From positions 320,001-384,000 of the forward strand of contig CAVYRH010000019.1 in the NCBI GenBank assembly GCA_963770835.1: 64,000 nucleotides of DNA. The letters are read 5' to 3'. The notes below the pieces were generated by a model. It had not been told where the DNA came from. It searched no databases and worked only from the letters and a program-made list of their open reading frames with translations. Positions within the stretch are counted from its first letter, which is position 1, and each line of letters starts with the position of its first letter. Below, piece by piece: positions 18,385-29,236 of the stretch. A program made the translations under genes and the position numbers. The stretch comes from an uncultured Pseudomonadota bacterium. Its GTDB lineage: Bacteria; Oederibacteriota; Muellerivitia; Muellerivitales; Muellerivitaceae.

Positions 18385-21300
18385 ATGTCCGGTTCAACCA
18401 TGCGTACCTTGGATGCCAATGAAGCCGCCGCTTACGTCGCTTTCCGCTTGAGCGAAATTTTCTGCATCTTCCCGATCACTCCCTCCTCCCCCATGGCTGA
18501 GTGGGTGGACGACTGGGCCGCCGCCGGCAAAGTCAACCTTTGGGGTGCGGCGCCCTCTATCATGGAAATGCAAAGCGAAGGCGGGGCGGCCGGCGCCCTG
18601 CACGGGGCCCTCCAGGGAGGCGCCCTGGCGGCGACCTTCACGGCCTCCCAAGGCCTCCTGCTCATGATCCCCGACATGTACAAAATCGCCGGGGAGCTCA
18701 CCCCCTGCGTCTTCCACGTCACGGCCCGCACCTTGGCCACCCACGCCCTTTCCATTTTTGGGGACCACTCGGATGTCATGGCCGTCCGGGGAACGGGTTT
18801 CGCGCTTCTGGCCTCCAACTCGGTGCAGGAAGCCGCCGACATGGCCCTGGTATCCCATGCCGCCACCCTGGAAACCCGGGTTCCTTTCCTCCACTTCTTC
18901 GACGGCTTCCGGACCTCCCATGAGGTGGCTAAGGCACTGCTCCCCACCGACGAGGAGATCTCAGCCGTCATCTCGGAAAGCGGCATTCGGGAACACCGCC
19001 TCCGTGCTCTGACCCCCGACCGCCCTCATTTAAGCGGCACCGCCCAGAACCCGGATGTCTTCTTCCAGGCCCGGGAAGCCAGCAACTCCTTTTACCAAGT
19101 CATTCCCGGGAAGGTCCAGGAAATCATGGACCGGCTGTCCGCCACTTGCGGGCGGGAGTACAAAATTTTCGAATACCATGGCGCGCCCGACGCCCGGCAG
19201 GTGATGGTGATCATGGGATCGGGGGCAGAGGTGGCCCACGAAACCGTAGATGCCCTGAATGCGGCCGGGGAAAAAGTGGGCGTGTTGAAGGTTAGATTGT
19301 TCAGGCCCTTTTCCGCCCGGCATTTCGTGGAAGCCCTGCCCCCCACGGTCCGCACCATCGGCGTGCTGGACCGCACCAAGGAACCCGGGGCCATGGGCGA
19401 ACCCCTTTACCAGGACGTCATCACGGCCATCGAGGAAACGGATGACTCGGGCCTCTTGCGTTACCATCCTAAGGTGGTGGGCGGCCGCTACGGCCTTTCC
19501 TCCAAGGAATTCACCCCCGCCATGGTCAAGGGCGTCTTCGACAACCTGAAAAAACAGGCGCCGAAGAACCACTTCACTATCGGTATCAAGGACGACGTCA
19601 CCCACACTTCCCTTTCCTACGAACCCAAGTTCACCACCGAAACCGACGACGTCTTCCGGGCGCTTTTTTACGGGCTCGGCGCCGACGGGACCGTCGGGGC
19701 CAACAAGAACACCATTAAGATCATCGGCGAGAACACGTCCAATTGGGCCCAGGGCTATTTTGTTTACGATTCCAAGAAGTCCGGCGCCATGACCGTTTCG
19801 CACTTACGGTTCGGGCCCCGGCCTATCCGCTCCGCCTACCTCATTACCCGGGCCCATTTCATCGGATGCCACCAGCCCCAGTTCATCGACCGTTATGACA
19901 TGCTGTCCAACCTGATGGAAGGCGGGACATTCCTCTTCAACACCTCCGTGGCGCCGGAAATAGTCTGGGAGTCCTTGCCCCGGCACGTCCAGGAACAGCT
20001 TCAACGGAAGAAAGCCAACTTCTACGTCATCGACGCCGACAAAGTGGCGGAAGAGGCGGGAATGGGCGGGCGCATCAACACCATCATGCAGGCCTGCTTT
20101 TTCGCCATTTCGGGCGTGCTTCCCAAGGAAGCGGCCTTGGAGGCCATCCGCAAATCCATCCGCAAGACCTACCAGAAGAAGGGTGAAAAGGTGGTGGAGG
20201 CCAATTTGAAGGCCGTGGACCATACCCTGGCCCACCTTCACAAGGTGGAGGTGGCAGGCCTTCATTTGAACGGCACCCCTTGGCGCCATGCCGTTTCCCA
20301 GGATGCGCCGGACTTCGTCAAGAACGTCCTGGGACGCATCATCGAGGGCCGGGGCGACGACTTGCCGGTTTCGGTCATGCCCGTGGACGGGACCTTCCCG
20401 ACTGGCACCTCACGCTACGAGAAACGCAACATCGCCCGGGAAGTCCCGGTATGGAACCCCGATTTGTGTATCCAATGCTCCCGCTGCGCCTTGGTTTGCC
20501 CCCATGCGGCAATTCGCGTGAACGCCTATGACGCCAAGACCGCCGCGGCCGCCCCGACGGCCTTTAAGTCGATGGACGCCCGGCACAAGGATTGGAAAGG
20601 CTGGAAATTTACCGTTCAGGTGGCTCCTGAGGATTGCACCGGCTGTACCCTCTGCGTGGATATCTGCCCAGGCAAGAGCAAGGAAGGCCCCACGGTCAAC
20701 GCTTTGCAAATGGTCTCCCAATCCCTGGTTTTGGAGAAGGAAAAGATCAATTGGGATTATTTCTTGACCCTGCCTACGCCCAACCCCGCCACGTTGAACC
20801 CTAAGCTGGTCATGCACCAGCAGACCCTGCCGCCCTATTTCGAATTTTCCGGGGCCTGTTCGGGCTGCGGCGAAACTCCCTACGTGAAGCTGGCTTCCCA
20901 ACTGGCCGGGGACCGAATGCTGGTGGCCAATGCCACGGGCTGTTCTTCCATTTACGGCGGGAACCTGCCCACCACCCCCTGGACCCAGGACAAAGCGGGC
21001 CGGGGACCGGCTTGGTCCAATTCCCTCTTTGAGGACAACGCCGAATTCGGGCTGGGACTGCGACTCTCGGTGGACCTTTTGAAAAAACGGGCCATCCAGC
21101 TTTTGAAGAACCTGGAGCCGGTGATCGGCAACGAAGTGGCGTCTCCCCTGCTTTCCGGGGACCAAAACACACCGGCGGGTATCGAATCCCAGCGCCAAAG
21201 GGTCAAGAAACTGAAGGAAGTCCTGGCCCGCAACGCCACCCCGGCGGCCGCCGAGCTTTTGAGCTTGGCCGACTACCTGGTGGACAAGAGTGTCTGGATC

Positions 21301-21969
21301 ATCGGCGGCGACGGCTGGGCCTATGACATCGGCTACGGCGGCTTGGACCACGTGCTGGCCTCTGGCCGCAATGTCAAGGTGCTAGTGCTGGACACGGAGG
21401 TTTATTCGAATACTGGCGGCCAAATGTCCAAGTCCACCCCCCTTTCCGCCGTGGCGCGCTTCGCGGCGGGCGGAAAGAAGACACCCAAGAAGGACCTGGG
21501 CCTTTTGGCCATGGGATACGGATCCATTTACGTAGCCTCCATCGCCCTGGGCGCCAACGACTCCCAAACCTTGAGGGCCTTCCAGGAGGCGCTTTCCTAC
21601 GAAGGCCCTTCCCTCATCATTGCCTACAGCCATTGCATTGCCCATGGCATCCGCATGGAGGACGGGTTCAAGCGGCAGAAGATGGCGGTCCAGACAGGCC
21701 AGTGGCTGCTCTACCGCTACGATCCCCGTCTGAAGGCCCAAGGGAAAAACCCGCTTCAGTTGGATTCACCCGAACCCAACCTGCCCCTGGAGCAATTCCT
21801 CACGACTGAAAACCGGTTCCGGGTTCTCTTGGACAGCCATCCCCAGGAAGCAAAGGAACTGGTGGCGGAGGCCCAGAAGGAAGTGCAGGAAAGGTACCGC
21901 CGTTACCACAATATGGCCTATGGCCAGCCGCAGGCCAATAACCCGTCGCCCGCCACCGTGGCGGGCTAA
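18385..21969 (+). CDS. nifJ: Pyruvate:ferredoxin (flavodoxin) oxidoreductase, single-chain type
   Basis: FPITPSS, MQSEGGAAG, DGFRTSHE, GGRYGL, two ferredoxin CxxCxxCxxxCP motifs, GACSGCGE, GGDGWAYDIG ThDP motif; AGGAGG RBS. Confidence 0.97.
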   Translation: MSGSTMRTLDANEAAAYVAFRLSEIFCIFPITPSSPMAEWVDDWAAAGKVNLWGAAPSIMEMQSEGGAAGALHGALQGGALAATFTASQGLLLMIPDMYKIAGELTPCVFHVTARTLATHALSIFGDHSDVMAVRGTGFALLASNSVQEAADMALVSHAATLETRVPFLHFFDGFRTSHEVAKALLPTDEEISAVISESGIREHRLRALTPDRPHLSGTAQNPDVFFQAREASNSFYQVIPGKVQEIMDRLSATCGREYKIFEYHGAPDARQVMVIMGSGAEVAHETVDALNAAGEKVGVLKVRLFRPFSARHFVEALPPTVRTIGVLDRTKEPGAMGEPLYQDVITAIEETDDSGLLRYHPKVVGGRYGLSSKEFTPAMVKGVFDNLKKQAPKNHFTIGIKDDVTHTSLSYEPKFTTETDDVFRALFYGLGADGTVGANKNTIKIIGENTSNWAQGYFVYDSKKSGAMTVSHLRFGPRPIRSAYLITRAHFIGCHQPQFIDRYDMLSNLMEGGTFLFNTSVAPEIVWESLPRHVQEQLQRKKANFYVIDADKVAEEAGMGGRINTIMQACFFAISGVLPKEAALEAIRKSIRKTYQKKGEKVVEANLKAVDHTLAHLHKVEVAGLHLNGTPWRHAVSQDAPDFVKNVLGRIIEGRGDDLPVSVMPVDGTFPTGTSRYEKRNIAREVPVWNPDLCIQCSRCALVCPHAAIRVNAYDAKTAAAAPTAFKSMDARHKDWKGWKFTVQVAPEDCTGCTLCVDICPGKSKEGPTVNALQMVSQSLVLEKEKINWDYFLTLPTPNPATLNPKLVMHQQTLPPYFEFSGACSGCGETPYVKLASQLAGDRMLVANATGCSSIYGGNLPTTPWTQDKAGRGPAWSNSLFEDNAEFGLGLRLSVDLLKKRAIQLLKNLEPVIGNEVASPLLSGDQNTPAGIESQRQRVKKLKEVLARNATPAAAELLSLADYLVDKSVWIIGGDGWAYDIGYGGLDHVLASGRNVKVLVLDTEVYSNTGGQMSKSTPLSAVARFAAGGKKTPKKDLGLLAMGYGSIYVASIALGANDSQTLRAFQEALSYEGPSLIIAYSHCIAHGIRMEDGFKRQKMAVQTGQWLLYRYDPRLKAQGKNPLQLDSPEPNLPLEQFLTTENRFRVLLDSHPQEAKELVAEAQKEVQERYRRYHNMAYGQPQANNPSPATVAG

Positions 21970-21978
21970 AGAAAAGTC

Positions 21979-22074
21979 TTTCACTACAGAGTTCACAGAG
22001 GTCACAGAGTAAGAATTTTTATGAAATTCTTAAGACCCCCTCTGTGTACTCTGTGAACTCTGTGGTTCAAGAGG
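21979..22074. repeat. CACAGAG-family palindromic repeat, copy 3 (inverted)
   Basis: Ends CTCTGTGGTTCAAGAGG, the exact reverse complement of the 17-nt start of copies 1 and 2. Confidence 0.8.
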
Positions 22075-22091
22075 TTTTGTTAGGAGGAAAT

Positions 22092-23585
22092 ATGGAAACC
22101 AAAACCCAGTCATGGGCGTCCCAGCGGATCAATGAAAGCGAAGTGACCCCTTTCCTCGACGAGGGACGGGATTTCACCTCGACCCAAAGGGTCCTCGAGA
22201 ATTTGATCGAACCCCCGGAGCCCGATCCCCACCGGATTGAGGAAATCCTGGCGAAATCGCTCGACCTGAAGACCTTGGAGATGGAGGAACTGGCCGTTCT
22301 GTTGGCTGCCGAACCATCCAAGTGGAACGCCCGTTTCACGGAAACCGCCAGCCAGATCAAACGGAAGGTCTACGGCAACCGAGTGGTGGTTTTCGCTCCC
22401 CTCTACCTGGGAAGCAAGTGTGTCAACGCCTGCGTTTACTGCGGCTTCCGGAACGACAATTCGGCCGTCGAAAGGGTCGTTCTCAGCCAAGAGGAAGTGC
22501 GGAAGGAAGGCGAAGCACTGGCCGGAACCCTGGGTCACCGCCGGGTAACGGTGGTGACAGGCGAACACCCCGAAACCGACGTGGATTACCTGATCCGTTC
22601 CATCCAGACCCTTTACGGCGTGGAAATAAAAACCCGCACGGGACGGAAATCCGTCATCCGGCGCGTCAGCGTGACCGCGCCGCCCATGACCCAGGAGGAA
22701 CTGAGGCGCCTGAACGAGGCTGAGATCGGGGCCTACCAGGTCTTCCAGGAAACCTACCACCGGCCGACTTATAAGAAGGTTCACCCCCCCACCACGCCCA
22801 AAAGCAATTTCCTTTGGCGCCTCTACGCCCAACACCGGGCCATGGCCGCCGGGGTCTCCGACGTGGGACTGGGCGCCCTGTTCGGCCTTTACGACTGGCG
22901 TTATGAGGTCCTGGGCCTTTTGGCCCACGTGAGGGATTTGGAGGCCCGTTTTGGCATGGGCCCCCACAATATTTCCGTACCCCGCCTGGAACCGGCGGTC
23001 AACACGCCCTTCGCCGATAATCCTCCCGCCCAGGTTTCGGACGCCGATTTCCAGCGCATCGTCACCATCCTGCGCCTGGCCGTTCCTTACGTCGGCATCG
23101 TCGTCACCGCCCGGGAGACACCGGCCATCCGCACTCAGGCCCTGGAATGGGGCGCCACCCAAATGGACGCCTCCGCCCAGTGCGCGGTGGGCGGCTACGC
23201 GAAACAGCCGGCCCCCGGCGAGGGGGAAAAGCGCCGCCAATTCAGCCTTTCGGACGGCCGGAGCCTCCCCCAGTTCATCGGCGACTTGCTGGCGACGGGA
23301 CGCCTGCCGTCTTTCTGTACGGCGGGATTCCGCTGCGGCAGGACCGGCCAATGCCTGACCGAACGCCGGCAGTTGGAGCTGGAGGGGCCCTTTTGCCTCG
23401 TCAACTCGGTCCTGACTTTCAAGGAGTGGCTGGATGACTTCGGCCCCGAGGAAATGAAGCCCGCCTCCGAGAAGGCGATCCACCGTGAGATGGGGCTCAT
23501 CCGGAAGCACATGCCGCAGTTCTATCCGGTCTTCAAGGATGCTTATGACCGGCTGAACCAGGGCGAAAGCGACCTGTATTTTTAA
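22092..23585 (+). CDS. hydG: [FeFe]-hydrogenase H-cluster radical SAM maturase HydG
   Basis: YGNRVVVFAPLY, CVNACVYC radical SAM motif, FQETYH, GPHNISVPR, C-terminal SFCTAGFRCGRTG...C domain (absent from ThiH); AGGAGG RBS. Confidence 0.9.
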   Translation: METKTQSWASQRINESEVTPFLDEGRDFTSTQRVLENLIEPPEPDPHRIEEILAKSLDLKTLEMEELAVLLAAEPSKWNARFTETASQIKRKVYGNRVVVFAPLYLGSKCVNACVYCGFRNDNSAVERVVLSQEEVRKEGEALAGTLGHRRVTVVTGEHPETDVDYLIRSIQTLYGVEIKTRTGRKSVIRRVSVTAPPMTQEELRRLNEAEIGAYQVFQETYHRPTYKKVHPPTTPKSNFLWRLYAQHRAMAAGVSDVGLGALFGLYDWRYEVLGLLAHVRDLEARFGMGPHNISVPRLEPAVNTPFADNPPAQVSDADFQRIVTILRLAVPYVGIVVTARETPAIRTQALEWGATQMDASAQCAVGGYAKQPAPGEGEKRRQFSLSDGRSLPQFIGDLLATGRLPSFCTAGFRCGRTGQCLTERRQLELEGPFCLVNSVLTFKEWLDDFGPEEMKPASEKAIHREMGLIRKHMPQFYPVFKDAYDRLNQGESDLYF

Positions 23586-23684
23586 ATGAGTTGTTTGAAA
23601 GATTTAACCGCACTTGGCGTTTTTGCGTCGTGGCGGTGGATATGATGGTGTTGTTCCCGAAGTAATAAAAATTTGGAGGGTTTG

Positions 23685-24338
23685 ATGCGCATCATTCTTT
23701 TAGGCGAGCCGGGGTCGGGAAAAGGCACTTGCTCGGCCGGGTTGGTGAAAAAATACGGCATCCCTCAAATTTCCACCGGGGACATGCTGCGCGCGGCAGT
23801 CAAGGCAGAAACCCCCTTGGGCCGCCAGGCCCAGGAATTCATGAAAAAGGGCGCCTTGGTCCCCGACGCCGTGGTAATCGGATTGATCCAGGCACGCCTC
23901 CAACAAGCGGACACCGTTAAGGGCTTCATTTTGGACGGCTTCCCCCGCACCGTGGCCCAGGCCCGGAGCCTGGAGGAAATGCTGCAGGACATGGGCATCG
24001 TGCTCTCGATTGTCGTGAAGATCGAGGTGAGCAAGGCGACCCTGCTTAAAAGGCTGACGGGGCGCAGGGTCTGTACCGGCTGCGGCGCGGTCTTCAACGT
24101 TGAAACCATGAAACCCAAGGTGGAGGGGATTTGCGACAAATGCGGGAAAGAACTCATCCAAAGAACCGATGACAAGCCTGAAACCATCGAGAACCGCCTG
24201 GCGGTTTACCAAAAAGACACCGCACCCCTCATCAAGTTTTACGAGGACCAAGGGCTGTTGAAGCGCGTTTCCTGCGACTGCTGTTATGAGGATGTCCAGA
24301 AGCGGCTTTCCCAGACCCTCGAAGCGGTCGGGGCTTAA
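23685..24338 (+). CDS. adk: Adenylate kinase (zinc LID type)
   Basis: GEPGSGKGT, ISTGDMLR, LDGFPRT, RRVCxxC...CxxCG..QRTDD. Confidence 0.96.
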   Translation: MRIILLGEPGSGKGTCSAGLVKKYGIPQISTGDMLRAAVKAETPLGRQAQEFMKKGALVPDAVVIGLIQARLQQADTVKGFILDGFPRTVAQARSLEEMLQDMGIVLSIVVKIEVSKATLLKRLTGRRVCTGCGAVFNVETMKPKVEGICDKCGKELIQRTDDKPETIENRLAVYQKDTAPLIKFYEDQGLLKRVSCDCCYEDVQKRLSQTLEAVGA

Positions 24339-24361
24339 CCGGCGTTCCCCATCACCAGCGA

Positions 24362-25005
24362 ATGACTGTTCTGAGTTCCTACACCGGGGGGAGAAAATCC
24401 CGGCTCTTCCTTGGGGCCATGGGATCGGCCCTCTTCCTTCTCAATGGCTGTAATTCAAAACCTTATGGAAGGGCGCTCAACGGCTTCCGTTCCGTGGGTT
24501 TAGGCATGTCTCGGGCCGAAGTTTGGGAACGCCCGAGACCGATCCCACGTTCCGCCTTCCACCTTCCCAACCCGAACCCAACCGGTTTTCCGCCTTCACC
24601 ACCATCGGGGATTATGAGGCCTTTCTCCAATTCGACTTCGACCGCTCGGAGCGCCTTGCCGTCATCCGCATTTCGGTAGGGGAAGTGGGCCGGCGTTACG
24701 TGGACGACAAGGCCATCCCCTATTTCTACAATTGCCTTCGGACCAACCTCGGAAGGCCGTCAACAGCCTGGGATACTTTCGACAATCTGGACATCTATAC
24801 TTGGGACCTGCCGGGTGCCCGCCGTACCTTGGCCGCCATTCATTATTGGATTCCCACGGGAAAGTTCTTGCTGGTTTACATTACGGACCCCCAGAGGCCC
24901 CTGTCGGAGGAAATGGCACTTCGAAAATACGAGAATACGGGCCGGAAGTTCAGGAATTTGAACAAACCTCCAGAGAGCCAAACGGTACTTTCGGCTGATT
25001 TTTGA
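24362..25005 (+). pseudogene. Frameshifted hypothetical lipoprotein (two overlapping ORFs, 24362-24679 and 24523-25005)
   Basis: Lipobox LNGC in the first frame; GMSRAEV continues as LGTPE in the -1 frame at 24523. Confidence 0.5.
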
Positions 25006-25049
25006 GGATGTTAAGCAAAAACTACCGATTAAATCTTCCAGCGGTCGTC

Positions 25050-25910
25050 CTATGCGAGGTCAGATTCTTCCGTCGCCGCCACGGCGGCCAATGGCGTCTG
25101 GGTGGCCGCCACCTGGACGCCACAGAACTTCTCGTAATCCTGAAGCTCATGGATGGTGGGGTTCTCGCCGCAGACCGGGCAAGCGGGGTCCTTGTGGATT
25201 TTCAGCTTCTTGAAACTCATATCCATGGAGTCATAAATGAGGAATTTTCCTACCAAGGGCTCGCCGGCCCCGGTGATGAGCTTGATGGCTTCCGTGGCCT
25301 GGAGCGTCCCCAGGGTTCCCACCATGGCCCCCATGACGCCGATTTGCGAGGCGGGCGGAAGAGTGCCGGGAGGGGGCGGCTCCGGGTAAAGGCAGCGGTA
25401 GCAGGGGCCTTCCTTTGGCTTGAAAACCGTTACCTGGCCCTCGAAGCGGAACACCGCGCTGTAGATGTTGGGCTTGCCTAAAAGGACCGCCGCGTCGTTG
25501 GTGAGGTAACGGGTGGGGAAGTTGTCGGGGGCGGTCACGATGAGGTCGTAATCCTTGAGGATCTCCATGATGTTGTCCCGTTTCAGGGCCATGTCATAGA
25601 CGTTCACTGTCACGTCGGGATTCAGGGCCCTCAGGCGCTTGGCCGCGACCTCGGCCTTGGGCCGGCCTACGTCCGCCGTGTTGAAGAGGATTTGCCGTTG
25701 GAGGTTGGAGGTATCCACCCGGTCGAAATCCACTAAACCAAGTGTGCCAACGCCTGCAGCAGCCAAGTAAAGGGAAGCCGGGCATCCCAGCCCGCCTGTT
25801 CCCGCCACCAGCACCCGGGCCTTGAGGAGTTTCTTTTGGCCCTCCTCGCCCACTTCAGGCAAGAGGATATGCCGGGCGTAGCGCTTGGCTTGGTCTTCGC
25901 TTAATATCAC
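25050..25910 (-). CDS. moeB: MoeB/ThiF-family sulfur-carrier adenylyltransferase (no rhodanese domain)
   Basis: RYARHILL, GTGGLG, DFDRVDTSNLQRQ, PCYRCLYP, DPACPVCG. Confidence 0.88.
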   Translation of the reverse strand: MILSEDQAKRYARHILLPEVGEEGQKKLLKARVLVAGTGGLGCPASLYLAAAGVGTLGLVDFDRVDTSNLQRQILFNTADVGRPKAEVAAKRLRALNPDVTVNVYDMALKRDNIMEILKDYDLIVTAPDNFPTRYLTNDAAVLLGKPNIYSAVFRFEGQVTVFKPKEGPCYRCLYPEPPPPGTLPPASQIGVMGAMVGTLGTLQATEAIKLITGAGEPLVGKFLIYDSMDMSFKKLKIHKDPACPVCGENPTIHELQDYEKFCGVQVAATQTPLAAVAATEESDLA

Positions 25911-25929
25911 TTTACTTCCCCCTTATTGA

Positions 25930-25973
25930 AGGAAAGGGACCTTGTGCGGTGTCATCCGCAGGGTCCCTTTCCT
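25930..25973. other. Strong intergenic hairpin between hppA and moeB
   Basis: AGGAAAGGGACC...GGTCCCTTTCCT with an inner TGCGG/CCGCA stem; no clear U-tract. Confidence 0.55.
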
Positions 25974-25996
25974 CTCTCTCCGTCAGAACGGCCGGC

Positions 25997-28552
<2,556 letters not shown>

Positions 28553-28633
28553 GACCCCATCTCCTCTCTAAGTTTTCTTTACTTTTCAGATTATCCTGCG
28601 ACTACCGGCTTCCAGGCCTGTTGCCACATCTTT

Positions 28634-29062
28634 TCAGGCCAGTTTTTTGATGATTGCCTCCACGGCTTGGTCGGCCCGATGCCGGGCCTCCTCGGTTATA
28701 CCCGTTCCCGGTGTAAAATCCTCCCCCAGGATGGTGCAGACGAAGGCGTTGGTTTTGATCCCATAGAGCATTTCGGACAGGTGTGTCACCAATCCGGGTA
28801 CCAGGGCGTGGGACATAGCGATGGAAACATCCCCCAAGATCGGCTGGACCGGGATCATTTGCATATCCGCCACCTGGACGCCCGCGTCGATAAAGATCAC
28901 GGGGCTGTAGCGGTGGATGTCGGGGACCAATTCCAGGGGAAGGTTGTTAAAAATACGGGTTTCCACGTTCGGAAGGTCGGCTTCCGCAACCCTTTCGGCG
29001 GCGTAAACCCCTATCCCATCGTCACCGCATTTGGGATTTCCGTAACCCACCACTAGTTTCAT
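28634..29062 (-). CDS. Hydrogenase maturation protease (HycI/HyaD/HoxW family)
   Basis: VVGYGNPKCGDDGIG, VIFIDA, SHAL motifs. Confidence 0.88.
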   Translation of the reverse strand: MKLVVGYGNPKCGDDGIGVYAAERVAEADLPNVETRIFNNLPLELVPDIHRYSPVIFIDAGVQVADMQMIPVQPILGDVSIAMSHALVPGLVTHLSEMLYGIKTNAFVCTILGEDFTPGTGITEEARHRADQAVEAIIKKLA

Positions 29063-29116
29063 GATTTCCCCTCGCCACCGGCCGATTGCGGCCAAAACTT
29101 CCCTGTTCGAGCGCTT

Positions 29117-29159
29117 ATCCTATGGCCGGGGTGGAGGACAATCTATGATGCTTCTCATA
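29117..29159 (-). promoter_or_regulatory. CRP/FNR-like box TATGA-TGCTTC-TCATA (29144-29159) plus -10 TAGGAT (29122-29117) for protease-hppA
   Basis: Perfect 5-6-5 palindrome, 21-nt spacer; shares TCCTCCACCCC and TAGGAT with the hypC promoter. Confidence 0.72.
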
Positions 29160-29236
29160 ATAAAAAGGGATTTAGCGGGAGGAAAAAACCGAAGTGACAA
29201 CATCCGGTTTTTCACGTGCCTGGAGGCTGGTAAGGT

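Noticed and set aside
22020..22035. Fifth TATGA box before hydG (TATGA-AATTCT-TAAGA)
   Set aside because: Weak right half, located inside the repeat spacer, and no TAnnnT at the 21-nt position.
16043..22074. CACAGAG repeats as a CRISPR array
   Set aside because: Copies are kilobases apart, units are 9-mers in inverted arms, there is no repeat-spacer periodicity and no cas genes are present.
22092..23585. Calling the radical SAM gene thiH
   Set aside because: It has the C-terminal Cys-containing extension and the GPH His of HydG; no thiG/thiS nearby.
25911..25996. Riboswitch (Moco/TPP/SAM) upstream of moeB
   Set aside because: Only a single hairpin; no conserved aptamer core recognised.
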